64,000 nt of DNA. It comes from Elsinoe ampelina. Its lineage: Eukaryota. The notes under the pieces are model-generated. The model was not told the origin of the DNA. It did not search any database and saw only the letters and a program-made list of their open reading frames with translations. This document shows positions 11,306 through 25,000 of this stretch, in pieces; the first letter of the stretch is position 1; each line of letters starts with the position of its first letter. Location of the stretch: assembly GCA_010093995.1 (NCBI GenBank), contig ML992507.1, positions 927,868 through 991,867 on the forward strand, in the 5' to 3' direction. The translations under genes and the position numbers were made by a program.

Positions 11306-12169
11306 TTAGGTTATACTGCTGAACACTTCCACATACATGTCCGTCCATTCTTGCTCCCACCCATGCAAACCCCTCGTCGGCTCCCACCCCAGCTCCCTCG
11401 CTCGATCTGCCTTCACCCGTTGGTCAGCCGCCAACGACTCTATCATATCCTCCGGATAGTCCGTCCCATCAGCCCACTGTCTTTACAGAAACACTCCTCA
11501 CCTCCTTGATTTGCAACTTCCCACACCTCACCCCAGCCTCCGCCAGCCTCCCAGCCCACTCCTTCCCCGTCAGCTCCAACACCTCAGCACAGAACCAGCC
11601 CCTCTCGCCAGACGCCGGGCCATTCCCCTCAAGCACCCTCTCAAGCAATAGCGCGAACAAATCTGCAGCATCCTTGCCATCCATGCCCGCACCTCTTCCC
11701 GCCCCATCACCAAGATAACTCCAATACCCCTTTCCCACACAATACCCCACCAGCCCCAGCATCATCCCATTCACCTTCACCACCCCCGTCCCAAACCCGA
11801 GAATCTCCGGCAACATAACAACACACGTCCTCAACCCCGTCCGCTTCCCCGTTTCAACGACCACCACATCCGTCTTCCGCTGTGCATTACCCCACACCTC
11901 CTCCCTCTCCTCGAGCAACGCATACCCACCTCCCTATGCGAATACACGCTCGTGTCCACGACCCTTTGCTGATGGGGCGATGGCTGACGTCGCTGGTCCC
12001 GCGGAGGTGAATGAATGTAGTAGAAGTGGTCGTCGTGGGTGGCATCGCGGGTGGTGATGGAGAGGGAGAGGGCGCGGAGATTTGCTGGTTGGTATTGTAG
12101 ATGGAGTTGTGAAAGGTTTTTACCGGTCCTGAGGGAGGGGGGGGGGGGGGGGGGGTGGCGACTTACCAT
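11306..12169 (-). pseudogene. Degenerate NAD-dependent epimerase/dehydratase-like (extended SDR) relic
   Basis: ATG|GTAAGT at 12169 with upstream TATATA. Fragments in different frames: QRKTDVVVVETG...PEILGFGTG, YLGDG...DAADLFALLL, and RVKADRARELGWEP. No N-terminal Rossmann motif seen. Confidence 0.6.
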
Positions 12170-12473
12170 GGCGATCTTCCTCACGTTATATATACCGGCG
12201 CAGTATTTCATAGCATAACATAGACATACAATTACCGGACCTCTGTCATCGAACCACGTTCACAGGTCAAGTATCGCTACGGACCAGACCAAGAGGACTA
12301 TGTCTGGGAGACAAAGTTTGAAGTCGGAGACTTTTGCGGAGAGAGTTGCTCCGGCAGGGTCAGGGGGGACGAACGCAACTATGCAAGAAATGATCAAAAA
12401 GTGCTTGTATCCGAGTTATGCTCCGTGAGTTCTGGTTCCCCACGGACATGATTGTGCGTGTCCCGTGTTTGTC

Positions 12474-14144
12474 CTATGCACCTGTCAAACCGTTGTCCGC
12501 GCACGTGAAGGCTCCACCGAAGTTTGCCACTCTGTAGCCCTGAATGATGCTGTCCACTGTAGCCTGTCTCTTTATCAGCACCTCCACGTCGAACCAGAGA
12601 CAACTTGCTTACATATGTTCCGACAGTCAAGAACAGCACGCCGACTACGATGAGAGCAATGTTCACCGTGATGCCGAGCCAGCCTCTGTATCCACGATTT
12701 TTCCAGAAACCAGGACCATCCCTTGCCCTCCTAAGTCTGATGTAAGCCCAGCCCCAGAAGATAAAGCCAAAGAAGCTGTCGAAAAGACTGCTCATCAAGC
12801 TGAGCAGGTCCGAGAAGAAGGGAATAACTTCAGCGATGATGAATGCAACGACCCATGTGCAGCCAAGGATGCCAGCCCAGGCCGCCCAACCGACAACGGT
12901 GTGGTTTCCCATGTGACGAGTGCCCTGGAAGATAGAGTTGAAGATGAAGCGACTGCTGACGCTGGCATACAAGACACCCAGGAAGATAATGGTCGGGATC
13001 ATGAAGCTAAAGCTGACTTTCTGGTAGAGCTCGTTGCCAATGCTGCCGAAAGCTGGAGAGGTTACGTAGTTGCTGCCTACGTAGGCATAAGTGACGCTGC
13101 CTACGATGCTGAAGACCAGGATTTCGGCAATGGTGACGACCCAGAGAGCCTTGGGAAAGTCTCTAGGCTCTTTCATTTCGGCAATGAAGGAGGGAATCGT
13201 GATCTGACCGATGAAAGTATAGCTGATGTTCAGGAATGCGTTCATGCCTGCTACGAACGTGGTTCCTGCAGGAGGCCAGGCGGAGACAAGAGGCTCGCCG
13301 TGCTGGGGATAGTTGGCGGGATGGTCCTCTACAGCCGCAAAGACGGTCGCCAGAAGGACGGAGATGAACGTGAACAGTGCGGAAAATGCGGCCAAGAAAG
13401 ACAGCGCCGAGAAAGTCCGTGGCAGGGAGGAAGCCCAGGAGATGACTGCTACGATGGCTGAGAAACCGATTGTGCAGACCGAGTGATTCGTCATGGTGTT
13501 CAAGTACTTGGCTCCCGTCAAGCAATGGAATCCTTGAATGAAGGTATTGTTCAACAAGAAGATTGTCATGGTGAAGTAGCGACCCCACTTGTTGCCGAAG
13601 AGGATCTCAGCGACATCGACCACGTCTTTACACTCTGGATGGCGCAGGCACATTTCCCAAATGGTGAGTGATGTGTAGGCGACCGAGAGTGCGATGACCA
13701 GGGTCAAGATTAGTCCAGGGACGAGTCCAAGTGTGGCGTAAGAATAAGGAAAGGACATGATGGCCAAGCAAATGTACTCCGAGAAAAGCAAGGCAGCGGT
13801 CTGATAGACCCGTCAGTAGGATTCTGTAATGGAGGCAACGGCTCTTCACCAACCTTTTGCCAGGAGCAAGTCCTGTACTGGATGGCATTTCCTTCCTCGG
13901 ATTCCTTCTGTCGCTGTATGTCGTACTCTGGGGCAGCAACATCAGGGTCGGTAGTGCCCTCGCCTGTGATTGACTTTCTCTTTGCTAGAGCAAGCCTGCT
14001 CATCGTCTTGTGGGCCGGAACACCACCTCCACTCTCGGAATCGTCAGGGTTGGTCAAGTTGGGAGATGTCTTTTCGTTGGATGTAGGAAAAGATGGTTCC
14101 CGCTCAGGTTTGGCGGAACCACTGAAAATATTCTTCAACGCCAT
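12474..14144 (-). CDS. Neutral amino-acid permease (AAAP/Aa_trans family, Mtr-like), 3 exons
   Basis: YRTCSWQK...LFSEYICLAIMSFP, SFIAEMKEPRDFPKAL and IPFFSDLLSL motifs; many TM helices; last exon ends GGAFTCADNGLTGA*. Confidence 0.9.
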
Positions 14145-15183
14145 TTGACCAGACGGATGCTCCTGAGGAGCGAGAGGTAGTGTTCGGGTTTACGAGCGCT
14201 AAGTGCTAACAGCATTAATCTGTTGTCAGATGGATACTGGTGACCAGAAAGGGTGAGGGGGAGCGAGACCCAGACAGCAAGATACGCAGCCGGCCGAAGA
14301 GTTGGATGAAGGAATAACAAGAGAAAAGAGGCAGAAGATATTGTACCCAGCCTGCAAAACTCGGACGAGCAAGATCGAACGTCAGGACACACCGAGGATC
14401 AACGACGATCCGGGGACAAGCCTTGAGCAAGCATGACAAGATGGCTGTCCTGTGGCATGGCGGGAGCTTGGTTGAGCTTAGACACAACCTTAGCGGGCGG
14501 CATCGTGAGTTGCAGAAGTTCATTGTGAGATATGATTGATCGAACGGTTCAGAGTTGGGAAGACGGGAGCTCCTTGACGTAAGGATCTGCGTTTAAGCTG
14601 ACGGCCTATCCGTCGAAGGTGGACCAAGGGACCAACTTTGATCTCTTGCGGCTTTATTCCTGTGACGTGCGCAGGATATTTGCATGATCCGCCCGATACC
14701 GATTGACGGAGTACATCCCTGGAAGATGCGTCGGCATGGGAAAGATGGGTCTTGGCTAATGATAGGACTGAATTTTCGAGAACAGCAAGTAAAAATTCGA
14801 AACAGGGCGATAGCTACCATTGATCTTTCTGGATCTTCTGCATATTTGCCATATAATTCAAAGAAGGTTCGATACAACGCCAGATCAGATTATGCCAGAA
14901 GCATCGTAGAGCGATGAATCGTGATTGTGCATGTAGAAAACACGTGACGAATCTACACTCGCGGGGTGAAGTGATGCGGCTCCGGACGTCGGAGGTCCGA
15001 GCTCCCATCACATCCCCGACTCCGCGATTGATTGATTGATTGATTGCCAGACAGACACAGGCACAACCCAGCACACCGCACACAAGGCAAATACACCCAT
15101 CGAAGCCTCACTCGAGTTCCACTCCCCATCCTACACGTCGAACCATGCTCACAACCACCATCCCGCCATAAAAGCCCACCTCC

Positions 15184-16008
15184 ATGGCGCCCTCACCCAC
15201 ATCCACGCGTTCTCCCGAATCACCCGCACCTCCCTCCACCCCATCCCCGACAGAAGTCATCATCCACGTCTACGACCTCCTGCCCGTACGTCCTCTCCCT
15301 CCACCGCCCTACCCCCCTCCCTGCTCTCCCCACTAACCCCTCCAGCCCTCCCGCCTCTCCTCCCTCCTCTGGCTCCTCTCCTGCCCCCTCGTGCACACCT
15401 CCCTCCACCTCCCCCCGTCCCCCCACGAACTCGCTTTCGGCGGCCACCCCCACCCTCACCTCACCGGCGTCTACACCTCCCCCGTCCTCCAACCCCCTCC
15501 CGGCGCCACCCACCGCACGACCCTGCACCTCGGCCAGACCCACCTCCAACCCTGGGAACTCGCCTCCCTGATCGAAGAAGCGGCCGCCGCGTTCAAGGGG
15601 ACGGAATACAACCTCCTCACGCGGAATTGCAACCATTTCACGGACCACGTCGCGCGGCGGCTCACGGGCCGGGGCCTGCCCGGGTGGTGTAACAGGGCGG
15701 CGGCGGTGGGGTTGGCGCTGCCGTGTTTGGTGCCCGGGGAGTGGGTGAGGGTGCCTGTTGCGGAGGTGGAGGTGGGGACGGATGGGGAGGGGGAGGGGGA
15801 GGGAGTGGATGAGAATACTGCGATGTTGGTCGAGGGGCAGAGGGGAGGGGAGAGGGGGAGGAGGAAGAGTTTGGCTACTGTGTCGACGGGGTTGAGTAGG
15901 GAGGGGACCCCGCCTGTGCGGGTGGTGAGTTTGAGGGATGCGGAGGGGAGGGAGTTGCCTGTTGCGGAGAGGGCGCCGGTGCCGGGAGTGGTGAGGAGGG
16001 TGACCTAG
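15184..16008 (+). CDS. PPPDE/DeSI-family deubiquitinating/desumoylating peptidase, 2 exons
   Basis: VIIHVYDL, catalytic HTS and YNLLTRNCNHF motifs; intron ~15286-15345. Confidence 0.88.
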
Positions 16009-16146
16009 GAGGGGGGAAGGGAAGGGGATTAATGAGTTATGCTTGGATATGGATACCCTTTTTGCGAGACAAGCCAGGGATGTAAGGCTGGTAACGATTT
16101 GGTTTTCATATGAGCGTCGTTTAGATACGTGATATACCCTTCTATG

Positions 16147-18393
16147 CTAATGCTTGGCCACCACACCCGCGGAATCTGCGTCCGCCATGATCTTCTTCTT
16201 GTATTGGTCTACCGTTCCTTCGAAATGCGTGACTGTTCCGTTGTCGCAGACCCACAGACTGGTGCACACGTTCTTGAGCATGGTCACATCGTGACTGACC
16301 ATCAGCACACCGCCGCCAAAGTTCTGCAAGGCGGTCGACAGAGCGTCCATGGCTTCGATATCAAGATGATTACTAGGTTCGTCGAGAACCAGGATGTGAG
16401 GATTGGTGAGAGACAGACAGGCAAAAGCCACACGGGACTTCTGACCTCCAGATAGCAGAGCCATCTTTTGAAGACCAGTCATGCCTGTGATACCAAACGC
16501 TCCCAAGTGACGGCGGTATTCTTCGTCAGTCCTGCCAGGGTATTTGGTTGCCATGAAGCCAACAGCGCTCTGCGTCAGGTCAAGAGCATCGACGTGATGC
16601 TGGGCGAAGAACCCAATGCGGAGACGAGGGTTCTGCGAAATCAGACCAGATGTTGGCGATAAAGCTCCAATGAGAAGTTTGAGAGCTGTCGTTTTACCTG
16701 CTCCGTTGGGACCGACAATACCAATACGAGAGTCGAGCTGGACGTCAAGGTCAACGCCCTTAAGAAGTGGCTTGTCAGGCGTGTAGCCAAAGGAGACGTT
16801 GGTCATCTGGATGATCGGAGGCGATAGCTTCTCGACATCGGGGAACTTGAAGTGGACAGTGTACTCGCTCTCCGGTGCTTCCAGAACAGGCATCTTCTCC
16901 AGTTTCTTGATACGTGATTGAGCTTCGGACGACTTGGCTGCGTTGTACCGGAACTTGTCAATGAAGGCCTGCAAATGTGCTCGCTGCACCATCTGGTTCT
17001 CATACTCGCGCTTGGCAGTCTTTCGCCTCTCCTCCTTTGTGGCATAGAATGAGTTGAAGTTGGCACCCTTATAGTAGTCGAGACGTTCCGAGTGTTGGTG
17101 AATGATATCTGTAGCCACTTCGTCGAGGAATGCTCTGTCGTGAGATACGACAAGAACAGTACTGGGATAGCCTTGAAGATAATTTGACAAGAAAGTGATC
17201 GAGGGAACGTCCAACATGTTTGACGGTTCGTCGAGAAGCAGCAGATCTGGCTCGCAGAAAAGAGCTCGCGCAAGAGCGAGTCGCATTCTCCAACCTCCTG
17301 AAAATGTCTTTGTCGCATACTGCTGTCTTTCAGGGGAGAACCCAAGACCTGCCAAAATGCTCGCAGCACGAGACTCTGCCTTGTCAGACTCCATCTCCGA
17401 CAGCTTCCCTTGAATATCGCCAAGAGTAATGTCAAGACCCTCACGTTGATGGTCTAGCTTCGCTGCGTCACCAGAAGTGTCTGCCAGTGATGATCTCTGT
17501 GCATCCAGCTCGGCAAGTTCTCTAGTGATCTTCTCCTGCTCTTGCAGCAAGTGCTTTCTCCAGACGTCGGCATCGAGGACGGCTTGGATAGCTGGCGTGT
17601 CATCTCCACTGATTTCTTGCTCCACGTGAAGAATGGAAATGTGTGTTGGAATGGCAACTTCTCTTCGACTGAGAGCACGAAGCAAGGTAGATTTACCAAT
17701 ACCGTTCTGACCGACCAGACCGTATCTTCGGCTATACGCGAGGGTCAAGTTGGTATCGCTGAGAATGCGTTTGCCACCAATCGAGATATCAATGCCATCG
17801 ACCTTGATGTCCTTACTCTTGGACGCAGAATCCGACCCAAGCTGAAGAGGATTGACAGCCATGAAGAACTCTTCATACGACTGCTGCTCATCCGTCGTAT
17901 CAAGCAGCCTTGATGTTTCGTATTCGACATTCTTGAATTCCTTCCTGTCCTGTTTGGCTCGCAATTTTCGCTCGGCCTTTTCGAGCTTCTTCTTGTCGAC
18001 TCTCGATTCTACCTTCCTAGCATTGGCAGATTCCAGATCAACATTACCCCCAGCCAGACCAAGCGTGGTTGAGACATTCCTCTGAGATCCTACCTGAATG
18101 GTCTGGTCCAGCTTCCTGGCCGAGGGTGCCTGCTGACGGTGCCCACCGTCGACTCCATTCGCGGCGCTGAGACGATCAACGAACTTGGTGACCAGATTTT
18201 GGACAGTCACCTCATTGCTGGTTGAAAGATCACCAGACGCAGACAGGAGTAGGGCAGTTATGGTAGCTGCGGCCTCGGCCAATGGGTCACCCTCTGCGCT
18301 ATATGTCTGTGATGCATGGTTGAGATACCCTGCGGCATACTCGGACACCACGGGGTCGATGTTCGGGATCTGGGTTCTGATTTCGGCCTCCAT
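16147..18393 (-). CDS. GCN20: ABC-F ATPase, positive regulator of Gcn2 (ABCF3 ortholog)
   Basis: 748-aa single-exon ORF; two ABC domains (GQNGIGKST, FSGGWRMR, GPNGAGKT, LSGGQKSR); no TM segments; linker FIDKFRYNAAKSSEAQSRIKKL. Confidence 0.93.
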   Translation of the reverse strand: MEAEIRTQIPNIDPVVSEYAAGYLNHASQTYSAEGDPLAEAAATITALLLSASGDLSTSNEVTVQNLVTKFVDRLSAANGVDGGHRQQAPSARKLDQTIQVGSQRNVSTTLGLAGGNVDLESANARKVESRVDKKKLEKAERKLRAKQDRKEFKNVEYETSRLLDTTDEQQSYEEFFMAVNPLQLGSDSASKSKDIKVDGIDISIGGKRILSDTNLTLAYSRRYGLVGQNGIGKSTLLRALSRREVAIPTHISILHVEQEISGDDTPAIQAVLDADVWRKHLLQEQEKITRELAELDAQRSSLADTSGDAAKLDHQREGLDITLGDIQGKLSEMESDKAESRAASILAGLGFSPERQQYATKTFSGGWRMRLALARALFCEPDLLLLDEPSNMLDVPSITFLSNYLQGYPSTVLVVSHDRAFLDEVATDIIHQHSERLDYYKGANFNSFYATKEERRKTAKREYENQMVQRAHLQAFIDKFRYNAAKSSEAQSRIKKLEKMPVLEAPESEYTVHFKFPDVEKLSPPIIQMTNVSFGYTPDKPLLKGVDLDVQLDSRIGIVGPNGAGKTTALKLLIGALSPTSGLISQNPRLRIGFFAQHHVDALDLTQSAVGFMATKYPGRTDEEYRRHLGAFGITGMTGLQKMALLSGGQKSRVAFACLSLTNPHILVLDEPSNHLDIEAMDALSTALQNFGGGVLMVSHDVTMLKNVCTSLWVCDNGTVTHFEGTVDQYKKKIMADADSAGVVAKH

Positions 18394-21300
18394 GACTGGC
18401 AGCTGACCGGGACAGACGCCGTGTCAGATGCAGTGTGAGATGGGTTACAAGACCCGCCAAGTCCGATGCAAGCTATGGTACTGTAGTATCGGAATATTCG
18501 CAAAAAATGGGCCGAAGGTACTAATGCAAGCCACAGGCAAGGTTGGTCGTCGAAACAAGAAGAAAGGACCTGAAGTGGGTGGGATTTGCCACGTTTGGCT
18601 TGTGCGTTTCTATTTTCTTTCAATAGGTCGGTGTGCAAACCTGGTACACGATCAAGCCCTGAGAGAGCTTGCGACAGGGTTCGCAGGTGAGGGGTCGTTT
18701 GAGATGCAGCCTGAACCGAGAAAGACGTGGCAAGACGTGGGAGGCGAGTGGCTCGGGGAGGAATCAGTAGGATCGATTCCAGAACAGAGGTCGAAGAAAG
18801 ATGAACATGTCCCTGACCAATCACAGCGATCCATGCAAAATGAATTTTGACGAGCAATTTCACCCTCGCAAGACAATAATGCAGTCTTTCAACTCACACC
18901 ACACGTGCATTAATGCCAGCATCGTTCCATGCGCATCGTCATCTCCACACAATTTGTCAAGCACGTGCTACATGATATCCCAGTGTTCCCCGTGTCAGTC
19001 GACAGCAAAAAGGATCTCGATTTCATCTCGTTTGCATTCAAGGCCAAGGAGAATATGAGCCGAACAGGCAGGCCGAATATCTCCAAGCGAGTTCAGACAA
19101 TTCTCCAGCTATTTGATTGAGCTTTTGATCCTGCACATACCCGTCCGGGCATGGCATGATGGCATGGGCCTGCGCGGCCTGAGGTGACCACGGGCTGCTT
19201 TGAGCCGCTGGAGACACCGGATACGATCGCCTTACCATGTCCCAACATTGTGAAAGACGCCCTTACTCCGCGATTTCAGCCACAAACGACACAGTCTCCG
19301 CTTTCCTCTTTTACGCTCAGCGCCGTCTCGTAAATCGTCAAGGATGTTTCTCGGGGATCCAGGATGGTCTACCTAGTCCTTGCTTCCGACTTGTCTCCCG
19401 CGTACCGACGTTGGTGGGATATCTGTGGCTCCAGATAGCAGATATCACCTCGACCGTTGAGGAAAAAGTGCCACCCACGTGCATATCACAATGACATGGA
19501 TGAGGTAGCCGACATTCGTGAGATATTAACCAAACTCCTGAGAATCCCTGTCAGAGACAATCTATCATCCTCCCGTTATGGAGTTACCCCTCGTACCACA
19601 GCCTGTAAAGTACCTGACACTGACAGGAAAGCCCAACCCTTCTTCCTTCGAGGTACGAGGGAACAGTATGCTCCACGATGACGGGCCGGTAAGGGAGCTA
19701 TGGCCCTTCGGATGGTTGCAAGGCAATGAAATGCCATAGTTTTAGCATGCCAGGTCGGACAGGTCGGCAAGTTGCAACCAACAACCCCTCTGCTCTCTCT
19801 CAGCTCACCACAGACCACCAAAAAACTTTGTCAAGATGTCGTGAGCCGCGGCCTTGACACCCCTCTCTTGGATCAATTTCACGTCAGACAGATAGTGCGG
19901 CTGCGTTGTCCCTCTTCGGCCTCGCGGGGTCTTTTGATCGACGACTAAGGGCTTACGCGACTCACAATAAACGCAGCGATCAACGAATTCAAGAGTTCGT
20001 CCATGACTTGGGATTGTTCATTTTTGGCATCGCTTGACCGGGACGTGTGGGGTTTATCTGGAGCTGATCCTGTGGACCTGCAGCTGACAGCGTCATCTCT
20101 TGACGGTGAGGAGAATCATGCATGTATCCATGTACGACCAGACAACCGGATGAATTTTTGGAGAAATCGACGTCCGCATGCATAATGCTACATCAAGCTC
20201 AATGCAGCAGGACGGAAGGATTGCCAGCTCAGAGATCTGCTGCGAGACGCATAACGTGCAGCAAAGCAGGGAACAGGATCCTGGAGAGAGAGAGAAGAAG
20301 GCACGCTCGGACCTTTCGCCCTCCTGCAGGTCGTGACACGCCTTAACCGCATTTCCGGGCCTCGAGGCGAATTGGCAGCATGAGCAGGCATCGCCTGGCA
20401 GTGGGCCGCCCACCAAGCCAAGGTTTCACTACCGGAGCAGCTAGCCAGCATCTGCATAACACAACCACGAATCACAACGCACACACGGCCTTCCCACGAT
20501 ACACGATGAGGTTATCCTGCGGCCAAAAAAGACAGATGCATGTCTCCATCGCGGCTCCTCTCCGTCCCTCGCGCGCGCGCAAGGCTGGTCGGTGGTCGAT
20601 AGTCGTGTGTGTCATTTTCTGTATTGGGGACAATGTCAGACCGGGGTAGACAGGCATGAGTCCAGGCCGACGATATCTGTCAAAAAAAAAAAATGCTTGG
20701 ACTTTTTTTATTTTCTCTAATTGTTGACAAACGGGAATGAGGTTGGACGTGAGTATGACGAGTAGGCAGCTCATGCACGAGACCAGTTCGGGCGGCGCAA
20801 GACTGTTTTATATAGACAAAGCGGTATGCAAGGCCAGGAGGAGAATATCAACAAAATGTCGCAGGGAGTAGCACCCGAACAAGATCGAAGCGATAACCTT
20901 TTGGCGAGTAACTTACCGAGCTACCAACACTCCGCTCAGGTACACGGCAGAGGCGAAGAGCGAGCGACTGCTGAGTAAAATGAATGGAGAAAGGCGAGAT
21001 TTGCACGTCACTTGTCAATATCCGGTACGCCTGTTGTGGAACTGCTCAGCACGCGCCTCGTCCAATGTTTACCGGCATTCTTGCTTTGATTGAGCTTGCC
21101 CATTTCCCGCTTTGATACCATCCGTGACTGAGCCATTCGGCCTTGTGGCTTTGGAAGCGTACCTTGCACCGCTTGTTCATCCTACCCAATCAGTCCTCGC
21201 CTGTCCCGAAAGTGACCCCAAAGCGTCCACAAAGCGTCCAAGGCGTCTGCTGTCCCACTGTTCCACCCTCTCACACATTCCGACACTGGGAGCACCACCA

Positions 21301-22005
21301 AGCACCTCACTTTTTTCTTCGAACCGTTGTTCATCTCGAATTGGGCGGATCCGCATCTTTCTCACCAAGCGGAACCTTGTCCCGGCTCTGCTGTGGTGAA
21401 AGCGCTTGGACGGCTCGTGAAGCTTTACTCAATTTCCCATACCTCTCCCACACGCCTTGCCCTCTCACGACTTGTTCTCACCCGATCTCACATGGACAAT
21501 TCTCCGGCGACTCTTACAGCATAATGAGCATGCGTCAGACGGGCATTGCCACGACTTTGACGCATGACAGAGCTGCTACTTGCTGCTCCGAGGGACGGCG
21601 GCTGTGAGGAATATCAAGAAGCATGAAAACAGTGCCCACGGTACGTGAATAACCCTCCCCTGCTCTTGTTTTCTATATCGAGACTGTCGCCGCTGCCGCC
21701 ATCGAATTTACCGATCTGAAATCGCATGCGAATACAAAACACCTGGACCACAATCCCTCCTCGAGTCTTCTCAGCTGGCTTATCCCGGACCCTGGAATTC
21801 ACGACTCAAAACACAAAACAACACAGGTGGTTCCCAATCAATAGTCTATATGCTGACAACCATATAGATTGTGGCCTCGAGTTCAGCTGTGGCCGCATCC
21901 GCCCTTGGGCTCGTCTTCGTTCGTCAAGAACCTCACCTTGACTCACGCAGAAAACAATTCTCCAAGCAACAGACACAACGAAGCAGTTCGGCTCCATTGC
22001 TGGAC

Positions 22006-25000
22006 ATGACAACTACTGCTACCTATACCTCTCCTGTTGAGACGCTCGGCTCGCCACATTCGTTCACATTCTCCCCTCCAGTGCCGTTCGTCTCGTCAGC
22101 AAGGCAATCTCTTCGTCCAGCCAGCCGCTCAAGTCAACATTCACCATATTATGGAGATTTAGGCATGGATACCGCAAGGAGGCCACTGAAGAGAGATTTA
22201 CAAGCGAGAGAAGGAGCAGGCATGAGCATGGACTCGACCAAATTGGGACAAGAGGCCGAAGAAGCGCCTGCAGCTTCTCAGGTTACACAAGCGTCATGGT
22301 TGAAACGACTATCGACATTCTCGTCCGACCAGGGTAGTCTTCCCTCAAGTCCTCGTCCTCCTTCGACTGCAGTTTCACAATCCAACGGATCAGTCGCCTT
22401 CTCGAATGCAGGCTCAACAACGCCAATGTTCCCTTCATTTGCACCACAACCGGTTCCACCAAACAAGCTGGTCAAGAGATCGTCTTCAATTAGGAGTACA
22501 AAGGCAAGCTCGAGGATACCCATTCCCAACTTCAAACGACCAGCGACTAGCCATGAAAGGGACGCGACACTACAGGAGCTTCATCGTCGGCCGTCTACCA
22601 CAGCCTCGAGTGTCATGCGTATGGAGTCTCCACAACCAGAACCAACAGAAGTTTCGTGGAAGAGCTATTTCACTCCAAAGGTCACAATCGCGTCTCTGCA
22701 AACTACATCGCGTCGTAATTCAACCAGCATCCCTAATCCGATCAAACGCATTACACCGGACCGAAAGTATCATCCAGTACTTATCTCTGGTCACGAAATA
22801 ATCAAGCCGGCATCAGTCGATATCGAGCAGAATGAGAGTCAAGACTCTCTACCCGTCTTCAGCAAGACCAGAGGTAGCATGAGAGCTTCGAAAAGGTTCT
22901 TCTCAGCACCACTCCCACAGCGTCCATCGACAGCATCATCAAACGCATCCTTCTCGCCTGCACACCTTCGCCCTGACGATGCACGCACCGCCTCGTCAGC
23001 TGGTGATGCTTCGAAAAGGAGCAGTCAGCTGTCACAGGGTCAAAGCGAACCAGCCAGGAGCAGCCCGCTGCTGTCAGTCAACAGGCGGTCTTTCTCTCCT
23101 GCAGGCCTCATCCCAACAGAACTGCCAAAGTGGAAACGCCCATCTAAGAGAAATGCCGACCCGAAAAGTCGACGCAAGGGCAATCGAAGCGCTTCTGGTC
23201 CAGACGCAGCGATGATCAATGCACCACCGGCTGCGGTCGAGACTGAAAGACCAGCGAAACGACGTGACATTTCTGGTCTATCTCGTCGCTCGTCCGTACA
23301 GTCCCGCGATGGTCCCATCAATTCCCCAAAACTACCACTGCACGAAACGCAGGCGAACAGGTCGGCATCTGGTCAAACCAAGACGCTCCAAGCCTTCGCG
23401 AATGAGGACATTTCGTACCAGCGGAACTCATGGGCTGAGAATAGCTTACCACAACAGGTCTATCAAGCAAGCTCACCACAACAGGTCTACCAAGTAAGCT
23501 CACCAGCTGCTGGATCGACCAAATCTCGACCATCTCGCCAATCTGCAGCAATGTCCGAATTTGCTTCGACCTTTGCTGGATCCGATTCGGACGCAAGGTA
23601 TCCCGACGACGATGGTTTCGAATCGCCGAATGATACCTTGTTCGATTCTGTAAGAACTCGAGCTACTAGCGCGAGCTCCACTGGCTTCAAAGGACCCCGA
23701 ATCGAGACCATCTTTGACGAGTCTCGAGCAATTCCTGAAGGTAGTCCTTCCTCCACGGACCATCTCTTCCAGCAGTCCAAATTTTCCAGTGGCTTCGATC
23801 GTCCAAGACACAGTGTGATTGAAGAGGAGGAGAGTGTATCAACACCAGTCAGGTCACATCACAACGGATCCATCAAGCAATCTCCGGAAACCTTTCGACT
23901 TGGGTCGTCCCCACCTCACCTGCTCAACTCATCACCGCCTGAGGTTCCTTCGATCTTCCGACGTCATCCATCTGGCGAAGTTGGACTTGGTCTCGAGGAA
24001 GATGGTATGTGGGACTTTGGAGATGATGAAGGACTGCCTACTTGGCCACTCAATGGGAATCAGCCCACGAATGGCTCAGCATTTAGCGGTCCCATGCTTC
24101 ACCCTAATCTCAAGACTACTGGACTTCAACTCGCTTCCGTTAACAACTTCTCTGAACCCCTGAACGATGCTCGCAGCAACATCTTCGATTGGTCAGAGCA
24201 ACACCTGAACGAGAAAAGCCCTGCTGGGCGGTCTCCACCTCGTCCACGAACAGTCCACGGCAAGAAGGACGCCGAAAACAGAGGCAGTAGATCTGTCGGT
24301 CGCCGCGCCCCAAGCGCTCTCCATATCCGCAGCCAAAGTGTTCCAGTCGCCCCCGAAGTTGACGGAAAGCGCTCTCAAGTCGTCACCAACAAGTTTGGTA
24401 CTTGGGGAGTTGGTAGCAAAGGCGTGACTGAAGACTGGAACGAGGACTTTGATTTTGAAGAGGAGCCAGTTCCACCAGTTCCTGCTGTGTACGAGAAGGA
24501 AATCAAGCAGCGTGAAGTCAGCTCAAGTAGTGGCATGCATGTCCCAAAGGCTATCCAGCAGCAGCAACAGAACGTCCTGGCGAACATCAATCTTCTCCGG
24601 GATTGGGGACTGCTCATCGAAGAGCTGAAAGAGCTGCGTGGTAAAGCAATCAATCTCGGATTGATCGATGACTTCAAGGATGCGACCTGGCACGAAGTGG
24701 ACGCGATGATCGACCTGGCTGATCAAGAGTCGAATGATCACACCTTGGCCCCTCGTCAATCCCCTCCGTCGTCACCCACGTTCGACTACAGCGCCTTTGA
24801 TGAGCCAGCACCATCGATGCCGATTCGAAGCTCGCCACGACCACCGCCCAAAATGCACGCTGAAGCTATTTTCGAGTCGCCAACACCTTCTCCTGTCCGC
24901 AAACCACTCGACCAACCCGACCTACCAAGCCCGCGCCGTCCTAGGAAAGACTCCGAGGCAGTTGCGAGATCAGTCATTGAAGCTCTCCAGCAACGCAGGA

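Noticed and set aside
12544..13461. Long antisense or alternate-frame ORFs (also 9261-10136, 32131-32841, 41695-42750, 47219-48268, 47718-48710, 59027-60133)
   Set aside because: Shadows of real genes with biased codon usage; low complexity and no motifs.
15026..15046. (GATT)5 microsatellite; also a GAGAGAT-type repeat at ~44475-44503
   Set aside because: Ordinary short simple repeats.
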